64,000 bases of DNA from Lewinellaceae bacterium (GTDB taxonomy: Bacteria > Bacteroidota > Bacteroidia > Chitinophagales > Saprospiraceae). Positions 19,663-29,766 of this stretch are shown here, in pieces; position 1 is the first letter of the stretch, and each line of letters opens with the position of its first letter. The DNA lies in assembly GCA_963710215.1 (NCBI GenBank), contig CAVPZP010000045.1, positions 25,256-89,255 of the forward strand. The letters run 5' to 3'. The notes beneath the pieces are model-generated. The model saw nothing but the letters and a program-made list of their open reading frames with translations, was not told the DNA's origin and did not search any database. Made by a program: the position numbers and the translations under genes.

Positions 19663-21783
19663 ATGACTAAAATTAAAACACCGCAATTACTGGACCGTTC
19701 CGTGGCCGCGCTCAAGGGCGTGGGGCCCGCCAAAGCCGAATTGTTGGGCAAGGAACTGGGCATTTTCAGCCTGCGCGACCTGCTGGGACAGTTCCCGTTT
19801 CGCTACGTGGACAAGACGAAATTCCACCGCATCGCCGACCTCGCGCCCGACTCCGGCCTGGTGCAGGTCAAGGGCGTGCTGCGCCGCGTGACCGAGGTGG
19901 GGGCCGGCCGCAAACGGCTGGTGGGCCGCATCCGCGATGAGTCCGGCGCGCTCGAACTGGTCTGGTTTACCGGTGTCACCTACCTGAGCCGGATCCTCAA
20001 AGTGGGTCAGGAATATGTGGCTTACGGCCGCATCTCGGATTTTAACGGTAAATTCAGCATCAGCCACCCTGAGATGGAGGTCTACAATGCCGCCGCGCCC
20101 CGTGAGGCTACTACCTTCGCACCCGTCTATCCCAGCACTGAAAAACTCAACCGTCGCGGCCTCGACGCCCGCACCCGCCGCCGCATGATGAAGCTGCTGC
20201 TCGATCAGCTCCAACCCACCGACATCGGCGATCCGGTGCCGGAATACATCTCCGGCAAGTTCAAGTTCCCGCCCCGCTTCGAGGCCGTCCGTGCCATCCA
20301 TTTCCCGAAGGATCAACTAGAACTGGACGCCGCCACCCGCCGCCTCAAATTCGAGGAGCTTTTCTTTTTGCAATTGCGGCTCCTCCAACTCAAATCCCAG
20401 CGCGAGGGCCGGGTACTCGGCTACCGCTTCGGAGAGATCGGCCCCGTCTTCAACCGGTTCTACCACGAAAAACTACCCTTCGAACTCACCGGTGCCCAGA
20501 AGAGAGTGCTCAAAGAAATCCGCCGCGATCTGGGCCGGGGCATCCAGATGAACCGCCTCCTGCAGGGTGACGTGGGTAGCGGAAAAACGATCGTCGCCCT
20601 CCTCGCCATCCTCATGGCCCTCGACAACGGTTTCCAGACCTGCCTGATGGCCCCCACCGAAATCCTGGCCTATCAACATTATGAGGGCATCAGCGAACTG
20701 GTGGAAGGCACCGATATCCGCGTGGCCTTCCTGTCCGGTTCCGTCCGTACCAAGGCCCGCCGCGAGTTACACGCCGCCCTGGAAGCCGGCGAGATCGACA
20801 TCCTCATCGGCACCCATGCCCTGATCGAGCCGCCCGTTGTTTTCAAAAACCTGGGGTTGGCCATCATCGACGAGCAGCACCGTTTCGGCGTTAAACAGCG
20901 GGCTAAACTGTGGGCCAAAAACAGCCCCTACCCGCCCCACGTGCTGGTCATGACGGCCACCCCCATCCCCCGCACCCTCGCCATGACCATTTACGGCGAC
21001 CTCGATATCAGCATCATCGACGAGCTGCCCCCCGGCCGCAAACAGATCGAAACCCAGCACCGCACCGAGCACCACCGCGAACGCGTCTTCGGCCTCATGC
21101 GGCAGGAAATCACCAAGGGCCGCCAGGTCTATGTCGTCTATCCCCTCATCGAAGAAAATGAGGACCTCGACCTCACCGCCCTCGAACAGGGTCACGAGGC
21201 GCTCAGTCGCATCTTCCCCCAGCCGCAGTACCAGCTCAGCGTCGTACACGGCAAAATGAAACCGGAAGACAAGGACTTCGAGATGCAACGCTTCAAGCGG
21301 GGTGAAACCCAAATTCTGGTCGGTACCACCGTCATCGAAGTAGGCGTCAACGTCCCCAATGCCACCGTCATGGTCATTGAGCACACCGAGCGTTTCGGCC
21401 TCTCCCAGCTCCACCAGCTCCGCGGCCGCGTCGGCCGGGGCGGCGACCAGTCCTACTGTATCCTCATGTCGGGTTTCAAACTCAGTGCCAACGGCCGCGA
21501 ACGCATCAAAACCATGGTCCGTACCACCGACGGTTTCGAGATTTCCGAAGCCGATCTCCGCCTGCGCGGCCCCGGCAATATGGAAGGACTCCAACAAAGC
21601 GGCGTCCTCAACCTCAAGCTGGCCGACCTCGCCAAGGATCACCAGGTCCTCGTCGCCGCCCGCGAAGTAGCCCTCCGCATCCTGGAGGACGACCCCAAAC
21701 TGGAAAAACCCCACCACCAGGGCCTCGCCAGGTACCTAAGGGCACACCTGAAGGAAGTAAAGGGTTGGGGAAGGATCAGCTGA
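19663..21783 (+). CDS. recG: ATP-dependent DNA helicase RecG
   Basis: MNRLLQGDVGSGKT, DEQHRFG, MTATPIPRTL, QLHQLRGRVGRG, DLRLRGPG. Confidence 0.97.
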   Translation: MTKIKTPQLLDRSVAALKGVGPAKAELLGKELGIFSLRDLLGQFPFRYVDKTKFHRIADLAPDSGLVQVKGVLRRVTEVGAGRKRLVGRIRDESGALELVWFTGVTYLSRILKVGQEYVAYGRISDFNGKFSISHPEMEVYNAAAPREATTFAPVYPSTEKLNRRGLDARTRRRMMKLLLDQLQPTDIGDPVPEYISGKFKFPPRFEAVRAIHFPKDQLELDAATRRLKFEELFFLQLRLLQLKSQREGRVLGYRFGEIGPVFNRFYHEKLPFELTGAQKRVLKEIRRDLGRGIQMNRLLQGDVGSGKTIVALLAILMALDNGFQTCLMAPTEILAYQHYEGISELVEGTDIRVAFLSGSVRTKARRELHAALEAGEIDILIGTHALIEPPVVFKNLGLAIIDEQHRFGVKQRAKLWAKNSPYPPHVLVMTATPIPRTLAMTIYGDLDISIIDELPPGRKQIETQHRTEHHRERVFGLMRQEITKGRQVYVVYPLIEENEDLDLTALEQGHEALSRIFPQPQYQLSVVHGKMKPEDKDFEMQRFKRGETQILVGTTVIEVGVNVPNATVMVIEHTERFGLSQLHQLRGRVGRGGDQSYCILMSGFKLSANGRERIKTMVRTTDGFEISEADLRLRGPGNMEGLQQSGVLNLKLADLAKDHQVLVAAREVALRILEDDPKLEKPHHQGLARYLRAHLKEVKGWGRIS

Positions 21784-22012
21784 GGGATGATTTGGCAAAT
21801 TCTGCTTTTTAATGTGCCTTCCAGTCGGTTTATGCGTTGGGGCTATCGTTGGGTTTCCCCCCGGCCCCCGAAGGGAGAGATAGAACTATCGAATATGAAA
21901 TGATGAACGCGGAATAGCGAATGCATTGCTCCCGTCAAAACCCCTATACTTTTACCCGGCCCCGAAGGGGAAGAATCGGACTCGTTAATCACCCTTTTAA
22001 ACCCCGCACTCC

Positions 22013-22327
22013 TTGACCAGAAAATACGACAACGTCTGGATCGGCCTCGTCGCCGGTGCCCTCATCCCCTTCATCGCCTACGCGTTGCTCCTGCTTCTCA
22101 CCGAGCAACTGGCGGCCAACGGTATCGTGGCCGGCGACGGCAGTACGCTCGAATTCAGGCCGCGCACTATGCTGCTCATCGCGCTCTGCTTCAACATCAT
22201 CCCGCTCAGTGCCTTTCGCAAGCGCTACATGAACCAGTGCGTACGCGGGCTGGTCATCACCACGGTCATCGGCGCGGCGGTCTGGTTCGTTATGTTCGGG
22301 CAGGATTTGCTGAACGGGAATATTTAG
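22013..22327 (+). CDS. Small 3-TM membrane protein
   Basis: TTG start, three hydrophobic segments, host-like codon usage. Confidence 0.7.
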   Translation: MTRKYDNVWIGLVAGALIPFIAYALLLLLTEQLAANGIVAGDGSTLEFRPRTMLLIALCFNIIPLSAFRKRYMNQCVRGLVITTVIGAAVWFVMFGQDLLNGNI

Positions 22328-22338
22328 GGGTCAGGGGT

Positions 22339-22442
22339 GGGCGTGCCCCCGGCTGAAGGCCGGGGTCGGTGCCTTCCGGGCTTCGCTAACGCTCGGTGCT
22401 GCGCACCCGGCCTAAACGGCCGCCCCTCCAGGCACCTCACGC
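22339..22442 (+). repeat. Flavo-1-like structured repeat, copy 6
   Basis: GGGCGTGCCCCCGGC...GGTGCCT...GTGC-TGC-GCAC...AGGCACCTCACGC. Confidence 0.8.
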
Positions 22443-22627
22443 GAACACGCCGCACCGTACACGCTGCTCAGGTCGAGGACGTCCACGTCCGAGAAGTGAA
22501 CTGTTATACGTGCCCGCACCCCGTGCTGCCGGCTGCGCCGCCCGCCTCGGACGTAGACGTCCTCGACCTGAGCGACTTGGGCTGCATACGCCGCTCAGGT
22601 CGTACACGCTCAATGGGAAAACAGCTC

Positions 22628-22760
22628 ACATCAGACATCAGACATCAGACATCGTACATCAGACATCGTACATCAGACATCAGACATCGTACATCAAACA
22701 TCAGACATCGTACATCAGACATCCGACATCGTACATCAGACATCCGACATCGTACATCCG
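22628..22760 (+). repeat. Heptamer tandem repeat (ACATCNN) x19
   Basis: ACATCAG/ACATCGT/ACATCCG units. Confidence 0.95.
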
Positions 22761-22778
22761 AATGATTGTCATCATTCG

Positions 22779-22803
22779 GAGACGCGAGGTATCGCGTCTC
22801 TAC
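22779..22803 (-). repeat. GTAG-type REP
   Basis: Reverse complement GTAGAGACGCGATACCTCGCGTCTC; relatives at ~6721, 33117, 33171, 40669 and 41779. Confidence 0.7.
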
Positions 22804-23775
22804 TTATCCCACGGTTTCTTTGCCGAACAGGGCATCCACAAAGGCGCGCTTGTTAAAAATCTGCAACTGCTCGATGCCTTCGCCGACGCCGATGTATTTA
22901 ATGGGGATTTTGAACTGGTCGCTAATGCCGATGGCGACGCCGCCCTTGGCGGTGCCGTCCAGTTTGGTGAGGGCCAGGGCCGTTACGTCGGTGGCATTGG
23001 TGAAATGCTTGGCCTGTTCGATGGCATTCTGGCCGGTGGTGGCATCCAGTACCAGTAACACCTCGTGCGGGGCGGACTCCATGCATTTGGTGACGGAGTT
23101 TTTGATCTTGGTCAACTCCTTCATCAGGTTGAACTTGGTGTGCAGACGGCCGGCCGTGTCGATAATGGCCACGTCGCAGCCGTTTTCCCGGGCGTACTTG
23201 ACGGTTTCGTAGGCCACGGCGGCGGGGTCGGTATTCATGCCTTTGCTATAGAAATCGCAGCCCACGCGGTCGGCCCAAATTTTGAGTTGGTCTACGGCGG
23301 CGGCGCGGAAGGTATCGCCCGCACCCAGCACCACCTTTTTGCCCCGCTTGTGGTACTGGTGCGCCAGTTTGCCGATGGTGGTCGTTTTTCCTACGCCGTT
23401 AACGCCTACTACCAGGATAACCACGGGGGCCGCCGGAGCAGCGGGGGGAATGTAATCTTCCAGATCGACCGTATTGTGCTCGGCCAGCAGACGGACGATC
23501 TCATCGCGGAGGATCTCGTTTAGCTCGGTGGTATTGAGGTACTTGTCCTCGGCCACGCGAGCCTCGATGCGGTCGATGATCTTGACGGTGGTATCGAGAC
23601 CAACATCGGACTGAATGAGGATATTTTCCAGTTCATCCAGCACTTCCTCGTCCACGGTGGCCTTGCCGGCCACGGCGCGGCTAAGTTGGCCGAGCAGCGA
23701 GGACTTGGTTTTTTCGATTCCCTGATCGAGGTCTTCTTTCTTTTCCTTATTAAAAAACTTCTTGAAAAAGCTCAT
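22804..23775 (-). CDS. ftsY: Signal recognition particle receptor FtsY
   Basis: [37 protein letters not shown]. Confidence 0.97.
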   Translation of the reverse strand: MSFFKKFFNKEKKEDLDQGIEKTKSSLLGQLSRAVAGKATVDEEVLDELENILIQSDVGLDTTVKIIDRIEARVAEDKYLNTTELNEILRDEIVRLLAEHNTVDLEDYIPPAAPAAPVVILVVGVNGVGKTTTIGKLAHQYHKRGKKVVLGAGDTFRAAAVDQLKIWADRVGCDFYSKGMNTDPAAVAYETVKYARENGCDVAIIDTAGRLHTKFNLMKELTKIKNSVTKCMESAPHEVLLVLDATTGQNAIEQAKHFTNATDVTALALTKLDGTAKGGVAIGISDQFKIPIKYIGVGEGIEQLQIFNKRAFVDALFGKETVG

Positions 23776-23829
23776 GGGGCGAGTTGGTTTGGTGGGAATA
23801 CACCGGGACGGGTCATTCGGTTGGAATAC

Positions 23830-23872
23830 AAAAACCGAAAGCGCCGGTCTCGGTCGGAGATCGGCGCTTTCG
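23830..23872 (-). terminator. Intrinsic terminator after DUF4295
   Basis: CGAAAGCGCCG...CGGCGCTTTCG stem with T-run on the minus strand. Confidence 0.7.
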
Positions 23873-23898
23873 CGGTAGTAAGGGGCGGGTTAGGCGAC

Positions 23899-24072
23899 TT
23901 ACTTGTTCTTCATGAACTCGTCCAGCTTGTCTTTGTGGACCATCACCTCTTTATAGGTGTACTTACCCGTTTCGGGGTCTTTGATCGACTTGATGATCTT
24001 GACGAAATCACGGCCCGAACCGGCGTTGGCGGAACGCTGTCCGACCCGGGAGTTTTTGGATACCTTAGCCAT
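23899..24072 (-). CDS. DUF4295 family small protein (57 aa, missed by the ORF track)
   Basis: MAKVSKNSRVGQRSANAGSGRDFVKIIKSIKDPETGKYTYKEVMVHKDKLDEFMKNK; usual position between rpmG and ftsY in Bacteroidota. Confidence 0.85.
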   Translation of the reverse strand: MAKVSKNSRVGQRSANAGSGRDFVKIIKSIKDPETGKYTYKEVMVHKDKLDEFMKNK

Positions 24073-24225
24073 GGTGGCAAAATTTTAGTGGTGAACGGAG
24101 GAGGGAAAAATGCGGGTAAGTCAGATAACGAATTAACCTTACGGTTATGGATTACTCATTGATCCCTCACCCCCGGCCCCTCTCCTCGGGAGAGGGGTGA
24201 CTAGACGTAGACGATCGACGCGATC

Positions 24226-24414
24226 TTACTTGATTTCGCGGTGAACCGTCATCTTACGCAGGATCGGGTTGTACTTCTTGAGTTCCAACCGTTCGGGCGT
24301 ATTCTTCCGGTTCTTTTGGGTAACGTAGCGCGACGTACCGGGCAGACCGGTGGTCTTGTGCTCGGTGCATTCCATGATGATCAGGTTGCGGTTACCTTTT
24401 GATTTCTTGGCCAT
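24226..24414 (-). CDS. rpmG: 50S ribosomal protein L33
   Basis: [23 protein letters not shown]...HREIK. Confidence 0.97.
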   Translation of the reverse strand: MAKKSKGNRNLIIMECTEHKTTGLPGTSRYVTQKNRKNTPERLELKKYNPILRKMTVHREIK

Positions 24415-24446
24415 GATAAGGCAATTTTAGCGGTTTTGCAACCGGA

Positions 24447-24698
24447 TTACTTCAACTTGATACCCGTGTCGATGCCCTTGCGCTCCAACTTCTTTACGTA
24501 AGCCACCAGGCCCAGTTTGTTGATGGTGCGCATGGCGTTGGCCGAAACCGTGAGGGTAATGAACTTGCCCAACTCAGGGACGAAGAATTTCTTCGACTGC
24601 ATATTGGGAATGAAACGGCGCTTCGTCCGGCGGTTCGAGTGCGAGACGTTGTTGCCCGCGATGGGGCGCTTGCCGGTAAGCGTACAAACTTTGGACAT
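24447..24698 (-). CDS. rpmB: 50S ribosomal protein L28
   Basis: MSKVCTLTGKRPIAGNNVSHSNRRTKRRFIPN; true start at 24698. Confidence 0.97.
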   Translation of the reverse strand: MSKVCTLTGKRPIAGNNVSHSNRRTKRRFIPNMQSKKFFVPELGKFITLTVSANAMRTINKLGLVAYVKKLERKGIDTGIKLK

Positions 24699-24785
24699 AA
24701 TACGGTTGTTTTCGTACCCACGCCCGAAGGAGGGGCGGAGGCCAACAAAAAAGCAGACACGGGGGCCTGCTTCTCTGAAGAATAA

Positions 24786-24862
24786 TGGTGACCCTGTCAG
24801 GATTCGAACCTGAAACCTCCGCATCCGTAGTGCGGTGCTCTATCCAGTTGAGCTACAGAGCC
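24786..24862 (-). tRNA. tRNA-Arg(ACG)
   Basis: GGCTCTGTAGCTCAACTGGATAGAGCACCGCACT-ACG-GATGCGGAGG...GGTTCGAATCC...CACCA. Confidence 0.95.
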
Positions 24863-24928
24863 GAAAATGGCGGTCAATGCCGGGTTACTTTACTAACCTT
24901 AATCATTGTACTTCCATCGAAGCGGACG

Positions 24929-24959
24929 CAAAGATACGTCGCCTGTTTTAGTAAGACAA
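24929..24959 (-). promoter_or_regulatory. Bacteroidota -33/-7 promoter for tRNA-Arg
   Basis: TTG-N20-TATCTTTG on the minus strand. Confidence 0.65.
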
Positions 24960-25126
24960 GTGGTAAGGGGAAAAAATTTCAAATCGGTTTGATTTTTTCC
25001 GGGGCGCGGGGTTTGGATTGCCTTTGTGGTTCCCCGAAGGGGGGAGATTGTAGCCAAGGAATATTCAGTCATGGGCTTTGCCGCTTCTCCAATCCGGCAA
25101 AGCCGTTTTAGAGGTCACTCATTAAA

Positions 25127-25221
25127 GCGTGAGGTGCCCAAAGGGGCCTTAGCGCACGCAGTGCCGAGCGATCAGCGAAGCCCGGAGGGGACCGGCCCGG
25201 CCGTTAGGGCGGGACACGCCC
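25127..25221 (-). repeat. Flavo-1-like structured repeat, copy 7
   Basis: GCGTGAGGTGCCC...GCAC-GCA-GTGC...GCGAAGC...GGGACACGCCC. Confidence 0.8.
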
Positions 25222-25271
25222 GGAAGTGTTGTGCGATCACCCCTACTAGCTAGCTGAGTGCCCCAAATACC

Positions 25272-26228
25272 CTATTCTAATTTAAACCTGACCGGCAAAT
25301 TAAACTGCACCCGCACCTTCTTCCCGCCCTGCTCACCTGGTTGCCAAATGGGCATCAAGCTAACGATGCGAACCAGTTCGGCGGAAATATCCCGGCTAAG
25401 GCCGTCGATTACTAGTATGTCTCCGATCGAGCCGTCTTTGTCGACGACAAACTGTACGATTCCTAAACCCTGAACCCCGTAATTTCGGGCTGTAGTGGGA
25501 TAGCGAACATTCGAGTAGATAAATTCAAGCATTTTCTTGTCTGAACATTTATTAAATTCGTCTTCCGCTAGGCTGGTACTGCAACCGGGAAATCGGGGCA
25601 TTTTTTCCGGCTGCTTCATGGCCTCCAGCGATTCCGGAGTAGGCTTAAGGTCCAGGAGCGTTTCAACATCTTCACCCGCCTGGTAGCGTCTTTTCGTTTC
25701 TAGCACGCCTGCGGTGTCGTAGGTGCTAACTATTCCATCCAGTTCGTTGGCCACGTAATTTTCCACTCTACTTATCCGGCCGTTATCGTGGTAAGACGTC
25801 CATTCTCCCGTATGTTTACCGGCTACGTAATCCCCTTCTTTTGATAGTAGCCCACCGTAAGAGTAATACTTCCAGCGGCCGGTCTGCTCGTTTTCCTGGT
25901 AAGCACCCTGGCTGCGCGGAGCACCGTCATCATAGAAGCTTTCATGGCGGCCGTCCTTTACTGTAAATTTTCCGTCCGCATATTCCGTGTAATTTGTCAC
26001 CGTCTCTGTTTCCGGGAAAAAGCGGCGCAGGATGTACCGGTCGCCAAGCTGGGTGTAAGTGTACTGATAGCCGGCCTTAATCTCCACCTCCCCCGGCTGA
26101 TAGGAGGCTGCGTAGCGTTTCGGATACCCTACGGAACCCACTTCCCTGGTAGGAATGCAGGAAGTCAGCAGGAGGGTAAGGAGCAGAACAATGGCTGGAC
26201 CAGAGAAAGGAATTAGGTGCTTGAGCAT
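25272..26228 (-). CDS. Lipoprotein with MORN-like repeats and C-terminal TonB domain
   Basis: Lipobox LLTSC; GxWxxY repeats; VRYPTTARNYGVQG...FNLPVRFKLE; ATG at 26228. Confidence 0.8.
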   Translation of the reverse strand: MLKHLIPFSGPAIVLLLTLLLTSCIPTREVGSVGYPKRYAASYQPGEVEIKAGYQYTYTQLGDRYILRRFFPETETVTNYTEYADGKFTVKDGRHESFYDDGAPRSQGAYQENEQTGRWKYYSYGGLLSKEGDYVAGKHTGEWTSYHDNGRISRVENYVANELDGIVSTYDTAGVLETKRRYQAGEDVETLLDLKPTPESLEAMKQPEKMPRFPGCSTSLAEDEFNKCSDKKMLEFIYSNVRYPTTARNYGVQGLGIVQFVVDKDGSIGDILVIDGLSRDISAELVRIVSLMPIWQPGEQGGKKVRVQFNLPVRFKLE

Positions 26229-26349
26229 GGGATAGTTTAAATTTAGGTGAACAAAGATAATCGCTTTCAAACAAATCCATGCAGTCTCCGCCAAACCGCT
26301 AACAAAGCGTACCTTCACCGCTTTTAACTCACCCACCGCCCCCTCTCTT

Positions 26350-29300
26350 TTGCGCACCCGCCCCCACCTCGGCTCCGTCAACAACGAAACCATCGTTCTC
26401 AACCTGATGCACTTCGGTCAGGGGCTGTACCTGCCGGTGGCCTACGTGGTCAGCCGCGACCGCGAGGGCCTGCTGGCCCACGTGCGCCAGCGGGCGACGG
26501 CGGAAACGATCGGGGCTTTTCATATCCGGACGGACGAAAAACTGGACCGGATTTTTACCCTGGTCGACGAACTGGAGCCGGCGGCGATCGAGAACCGCTT
26601 TAAAGGCAAGGCCAAGCGGCGACCGAAACTGGACCAGCTGATCCTGATTCATAGTAAGGAGTCGCGGGCACTGGTGCTGAAGGACTGCCACCGGCGGCTG
26701 AACGAACTGCTGGACCTGGCCGGTGCGCGGGACATGCAGATCAGCCTGAACGTGGAACGGCGGGTGCTGGTAAAGGACTACCGACTGGAGGACGACCGGA
26801 AATTTCTGCTGCCGGTGATCTCGTTCAAGCGGACGGAAGAGGGCGTGTATTACCGCCTGCAACTGCGTCCGGAAGCGGACGAGGAGGCGGCCCTGCTGAC
26901 GCCGCGCCACCACACCATAACGGTGCTGACCAACCACCCCGCCCCCGGTTACCTGGTGGTGGACCGGGAACTGTACCGCCTGCGGCACCTGAACGGCAAT
27001 GTGGTGAAGCCGTTTTTGACCAAGGACGAGGTGTTCATCCCCGCCGACCGGGCCGTGGCCTACATCCGCAACTTCGTGATGAAGGTGGTGGATGCCGTGG
27101 ACATCGAGGCCGAGGGTTTTGCGGTGGCCGAGAGCAAGGAGTTGAAGAGCTGTACCATCAGCCCCGTGCTGCACCCGCTGGAGGACCGCTATTACCTGAC
27201 CGTGCGCTTTACTTACGCGGGCCAGACGACCTTTGGGTGGAACGAGGCGCGTTACCGCCGCACGCAGCTGCGGACCGAGGGCGAGGAGATGAGTATACTA
27301 AAGGTGTCGCGCGATGCGGCGGCCGAGGCTGATTTTCTGGAGCGGCTGGACCGGACCGGCCTGCGGGCACTGCCCGCCAGCCAACTTTTTATCAACCCCG
27401 CCGCGCCGGATGCCGAGGACGGCACCGCCGGCCTGCCCGCCACGCTGGACGCCGTGGAGTGGCTGCTGCGTGAGCGCGAGCAGTTGGAAGAATTGGGTTT
27501 TAGCGTGCCGCCGCCCCAACTGGACGACCGCCTGCTGCACCCCTATGCCGGCCGCCTGACCGTGAGCGTGGCCGACGAGCGCGACTGGTTTGACCTGCGC
27601 GGCGAGGTGCGGGTGGATGAGTTCGTGATCCCGTTTGCCAAGATCGCCAAATACATCCGCAATAACGACCGCTATTATCCGCTGCCCAACGGCCGCTACT
27701 TCCTAATCCCGCGCGAGTGGTGGGCCAAGTACGGCGAAGTGGCCAAATACGGCACTACCGAGGGCAACGGACTACGGTTGTCGCGGGCGCACTTTCCGCT
27801 GGTGCAGCACCTGACGCCCGCCGGCGAGGGAGAAGCCGAGCGTGCGCGCGAGGCCGCTGCCGACTACCAGCCGGGTTCCGATCTAAAGGCCGAACTGCGC
27901 CCCTACCAACTGGCCGGAACCCGCTGGCTGATCGAGCACCACCACCAGAACCTGGGGGCCTGCCTGGCCGACGACATGGGTCTGGGCAAAACGCTGCAAA
28001 CCATTGCCGTCCTGCTCTACGCCAAGGGCCGCCGCCGGGAACTGGCCGAACAACAACAAGTCGCCGCCGACCCCGCGCCGCAACTGGACCTGTTTTCGGC
28101 TCCGGCACCCGATGAAAGTTTTTTGCAACCCCTGCACGCCCTGGTGGTGCTGCCCGCCTCGCTGGTTTTTAACTGGGCCGCCGAACTGCGGCAGTTTGCG
28201 CCGCGCCTGACCGTACACGTGCATATCGGCCCCAAGCGGCCGAAGGACATCCGCATCCTGCGCCGCTACGACGTGATCCTGACCACCTACCACACCGCCC
28301 TGCGCGATAAAGAGTTGCTGGCTGAGATCGAGTTCGAGTACATCGTACTGGACGAGAGCCAGCAGATCAAGAATCGGGGCAGTAAACTGTTTAAGGCCGT
28401 AAACGAGTTGAACGCCCGCCACCGGATCAGCCTGTCGGGTACGCCGATCGAAAACTCGTTGGCCGACCTCTGGTCGCAGATGCAGTTTCTCAACCCGGGC
28501 CTGCTGAAGGGCTACGCTTTTTTTCGCAAGGAATTTCAGTTGCCCATCGAAAAAGCGAACGACGACGGCAAGAAGGACAAGCTGCGTCGCCTGGTGGCCC
28601 CCTACCTGCTGCGCCGCACCAAGGACGAGGTGGCCAAGGACCTGCCCGAGCTGCACACCCAACTCTTTTACTGCGAGATGGAAAAGGAGCAGCGCAAGGT
28701 CTACGAGCGCGAGAAATCCGCCGCCCGCAACCACCTGCTCGGCAACTACGCGCCGCAGGACGGGGCCTACCGCCTACTGGTCGTCCAGACCCTGACGCGC
28801 CTGCGCCAACTGGCCAACCACCCCGTGATGATGAACGCCGATTACGCCCACGGCAGTGGCAAATTTACTGAGGTGCTGGAACAGTGGGAAACGGTGCGTA
28901 AGGCCGGGCACAAAGCACTCTTTTTCAGTTCCTTCGTTAAGCACCTGGAGCTGTTCCGCGCCGAACTCACCGCCCGCGGCCAGCAGTACGCCTGGATCAG
29001 CGGTTCCGTGGCCGCCAAGGACCGGGCCGCCGCCGTGCGCCGTTTCCAGGAGGAGGATGAGCTACAGGCTTTCCTGATCTCGATCAAGAGCGGCGGCACC
29101 GGCCTCAACCTGACCCAGGCCGACTACGTCTTCGTGCTGGACCCCTGGTGGAACCCCACCATCGAGCATCAGGCCATTGCCCGGGCGCACCGCATCGGGC
29201 GGGAGGGCACGGTTTTCGCCCGCAAGTTCATCTCCCGTGATACGATCGAGGAGAAGATCGTGAAACTGCAGGAGCGCAAGCACCAGCTGGCGGAGGATAT

Positions 29301-29361
29301 TATCGGGAAGTCGGGGAAGCTGGATTTGGACAAGACGGAGTTGTCGTTTTTGCTGGAATAA
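26350..29361 (+). CDS. SNF2-family (DEAD/DEAH) helicase
   Basis: LADDMGLGKT, DESQQIKN, SGTPIEN, LLRRTK, GGTGLNLT, DPWWNP, RAHRIG; exact start uncertain. Confidence 0.92.
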   Translation: MRTRPHLGSVNNETIVLNLMHFGQGLYLPVAYVVSRDREGLLAHVRQRATAETIGAFHIRTDEKLDRIFTLVDELEPAAIENRFKGKAKRRPKLDQLILIHSKESRALVLKDCHRRLNELLDLAGARDMQISLNVERRVLVKDYRLEDDRKFLLPVISFKRTEEGVYYRLQLRPEADEEAALLTPRHHTITVLTNHPAPGYLVVDRELYRLRHLNGNVVKPFLTKDEVFIPADRAVAYIRNFVMKVVDAVDIEAEGFAVAESKELKSCTISPVLHPLEDRYYLTVRFTYAGQTTFGWNEARYRRTQLRTEGEEMSILKVSRDAAAEADFLERLDRTGLRALPASQLFINPAAPDAEDGTAGLPATLDAVEWLLREREQLEELGFSVPPPQLDDRLLHPYAGRLTVSVADERDWFDLRGEVRVDEFVIPFAKIAKYIRNNDRYYPLPNGRYFLIPREWWAKYGEVAKYGTTEGNGLRLSRAHFPLVQHLTPAGEGEAERAREAAADYQPGSDLKAELRPYQLAGTRWLIEHHHQNLGACLADDMGLGKTLQTIAVLLYAKGRRRELAEQQQVAADPAPQLDLFSAPAPDESFLQPLHALVVLPASLVFNWAAELRQFAPRLTVHVHIGPKRPKDIRILRRYDVILTTYHTALRDKELLAEIEFEYIVLDESQQIKNRGSKLFKAVNELNARHRISLSGTPIENSLADLWSQMQFLNPGLLKGYAFFRKEFQLPIEKANDDGKKDKLRRLVAPYLLRRTKDEVAKDLPELHTQLFYCEMEKEQRKVYEREKSAARNHLLGNYAPQDGAYRLLVVQTLTRLRQLANHPVMMNADYAHGSGKFTEVLEQWETVRKAGHKALFFSSFVKHLELFRAELTARGQQYAWISGSVAAKDRAAAVRRFQEEDELQAFLISIKSGGTGLNLTQADYVFVLDPWWNPTIEHQAIARAHRIGREGTVFARKFISRDTIEEKIVKLQERKHQLAEDIIGKSGKLDLDKTELSFLLE

Positions 29362-29387
29362 GGGGCGGCGGCGGCGGCGGCGCTGGT

Positions 29388-29766
29388 TAATGATTGAATG
29401 ACTGATTGATTGAATGATTGAGTAGCTGAATGGCTTCGCGCGTACTTTACCTGCGGTGATCGTTGCAAGCTATTCGGAGTTGGTAGGCGGCGTTGCCGCT
29501 GGTAATTTACCTGCGGTGTTCGTCGCAAGCTCCTTGGAGTTAGTACTTTGGTACTCGGCCTACGCTTACACTTTTAGGCTTCGCCCGTACTTTGGTAGGC
29601 GTGCTGCGCACGCTGGTAATTTACCTGCGGTGATCGTCGCAAACTCCTCGGAGTTAGTACTTTGGTACTCGGCCTACACGTACACGCCCCGTATAATCAA
29701 TCATTACCTGCGGTGCTTCTCTTAATCGCAAAGCGATTCTTCGAGGTCAGTCATTCAATCAATCAA
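29388..29766. repeat. Composite intergenic repeat block: AATGATTG-type microsatellites flanking family-2 copies and a family-2/3 hybrid
   Basis: Family-2 copies at 29447, 29483-29563 and 29595-29677; hybrid at 29701-29748. Confidence 0.75.

Noticed and set aside
22337-23058. ORFs with HRTSDIR/HQTSYIR repeats
   Set aside because: Translations of the heptamer repeat and REPs; one also overlaps ftsY antisense
24699-24824. N-terminal extension of L28 in the ORF track
   Set aside because: It runs through tRNA-Arg; the canonical MSKVC start is at 24698
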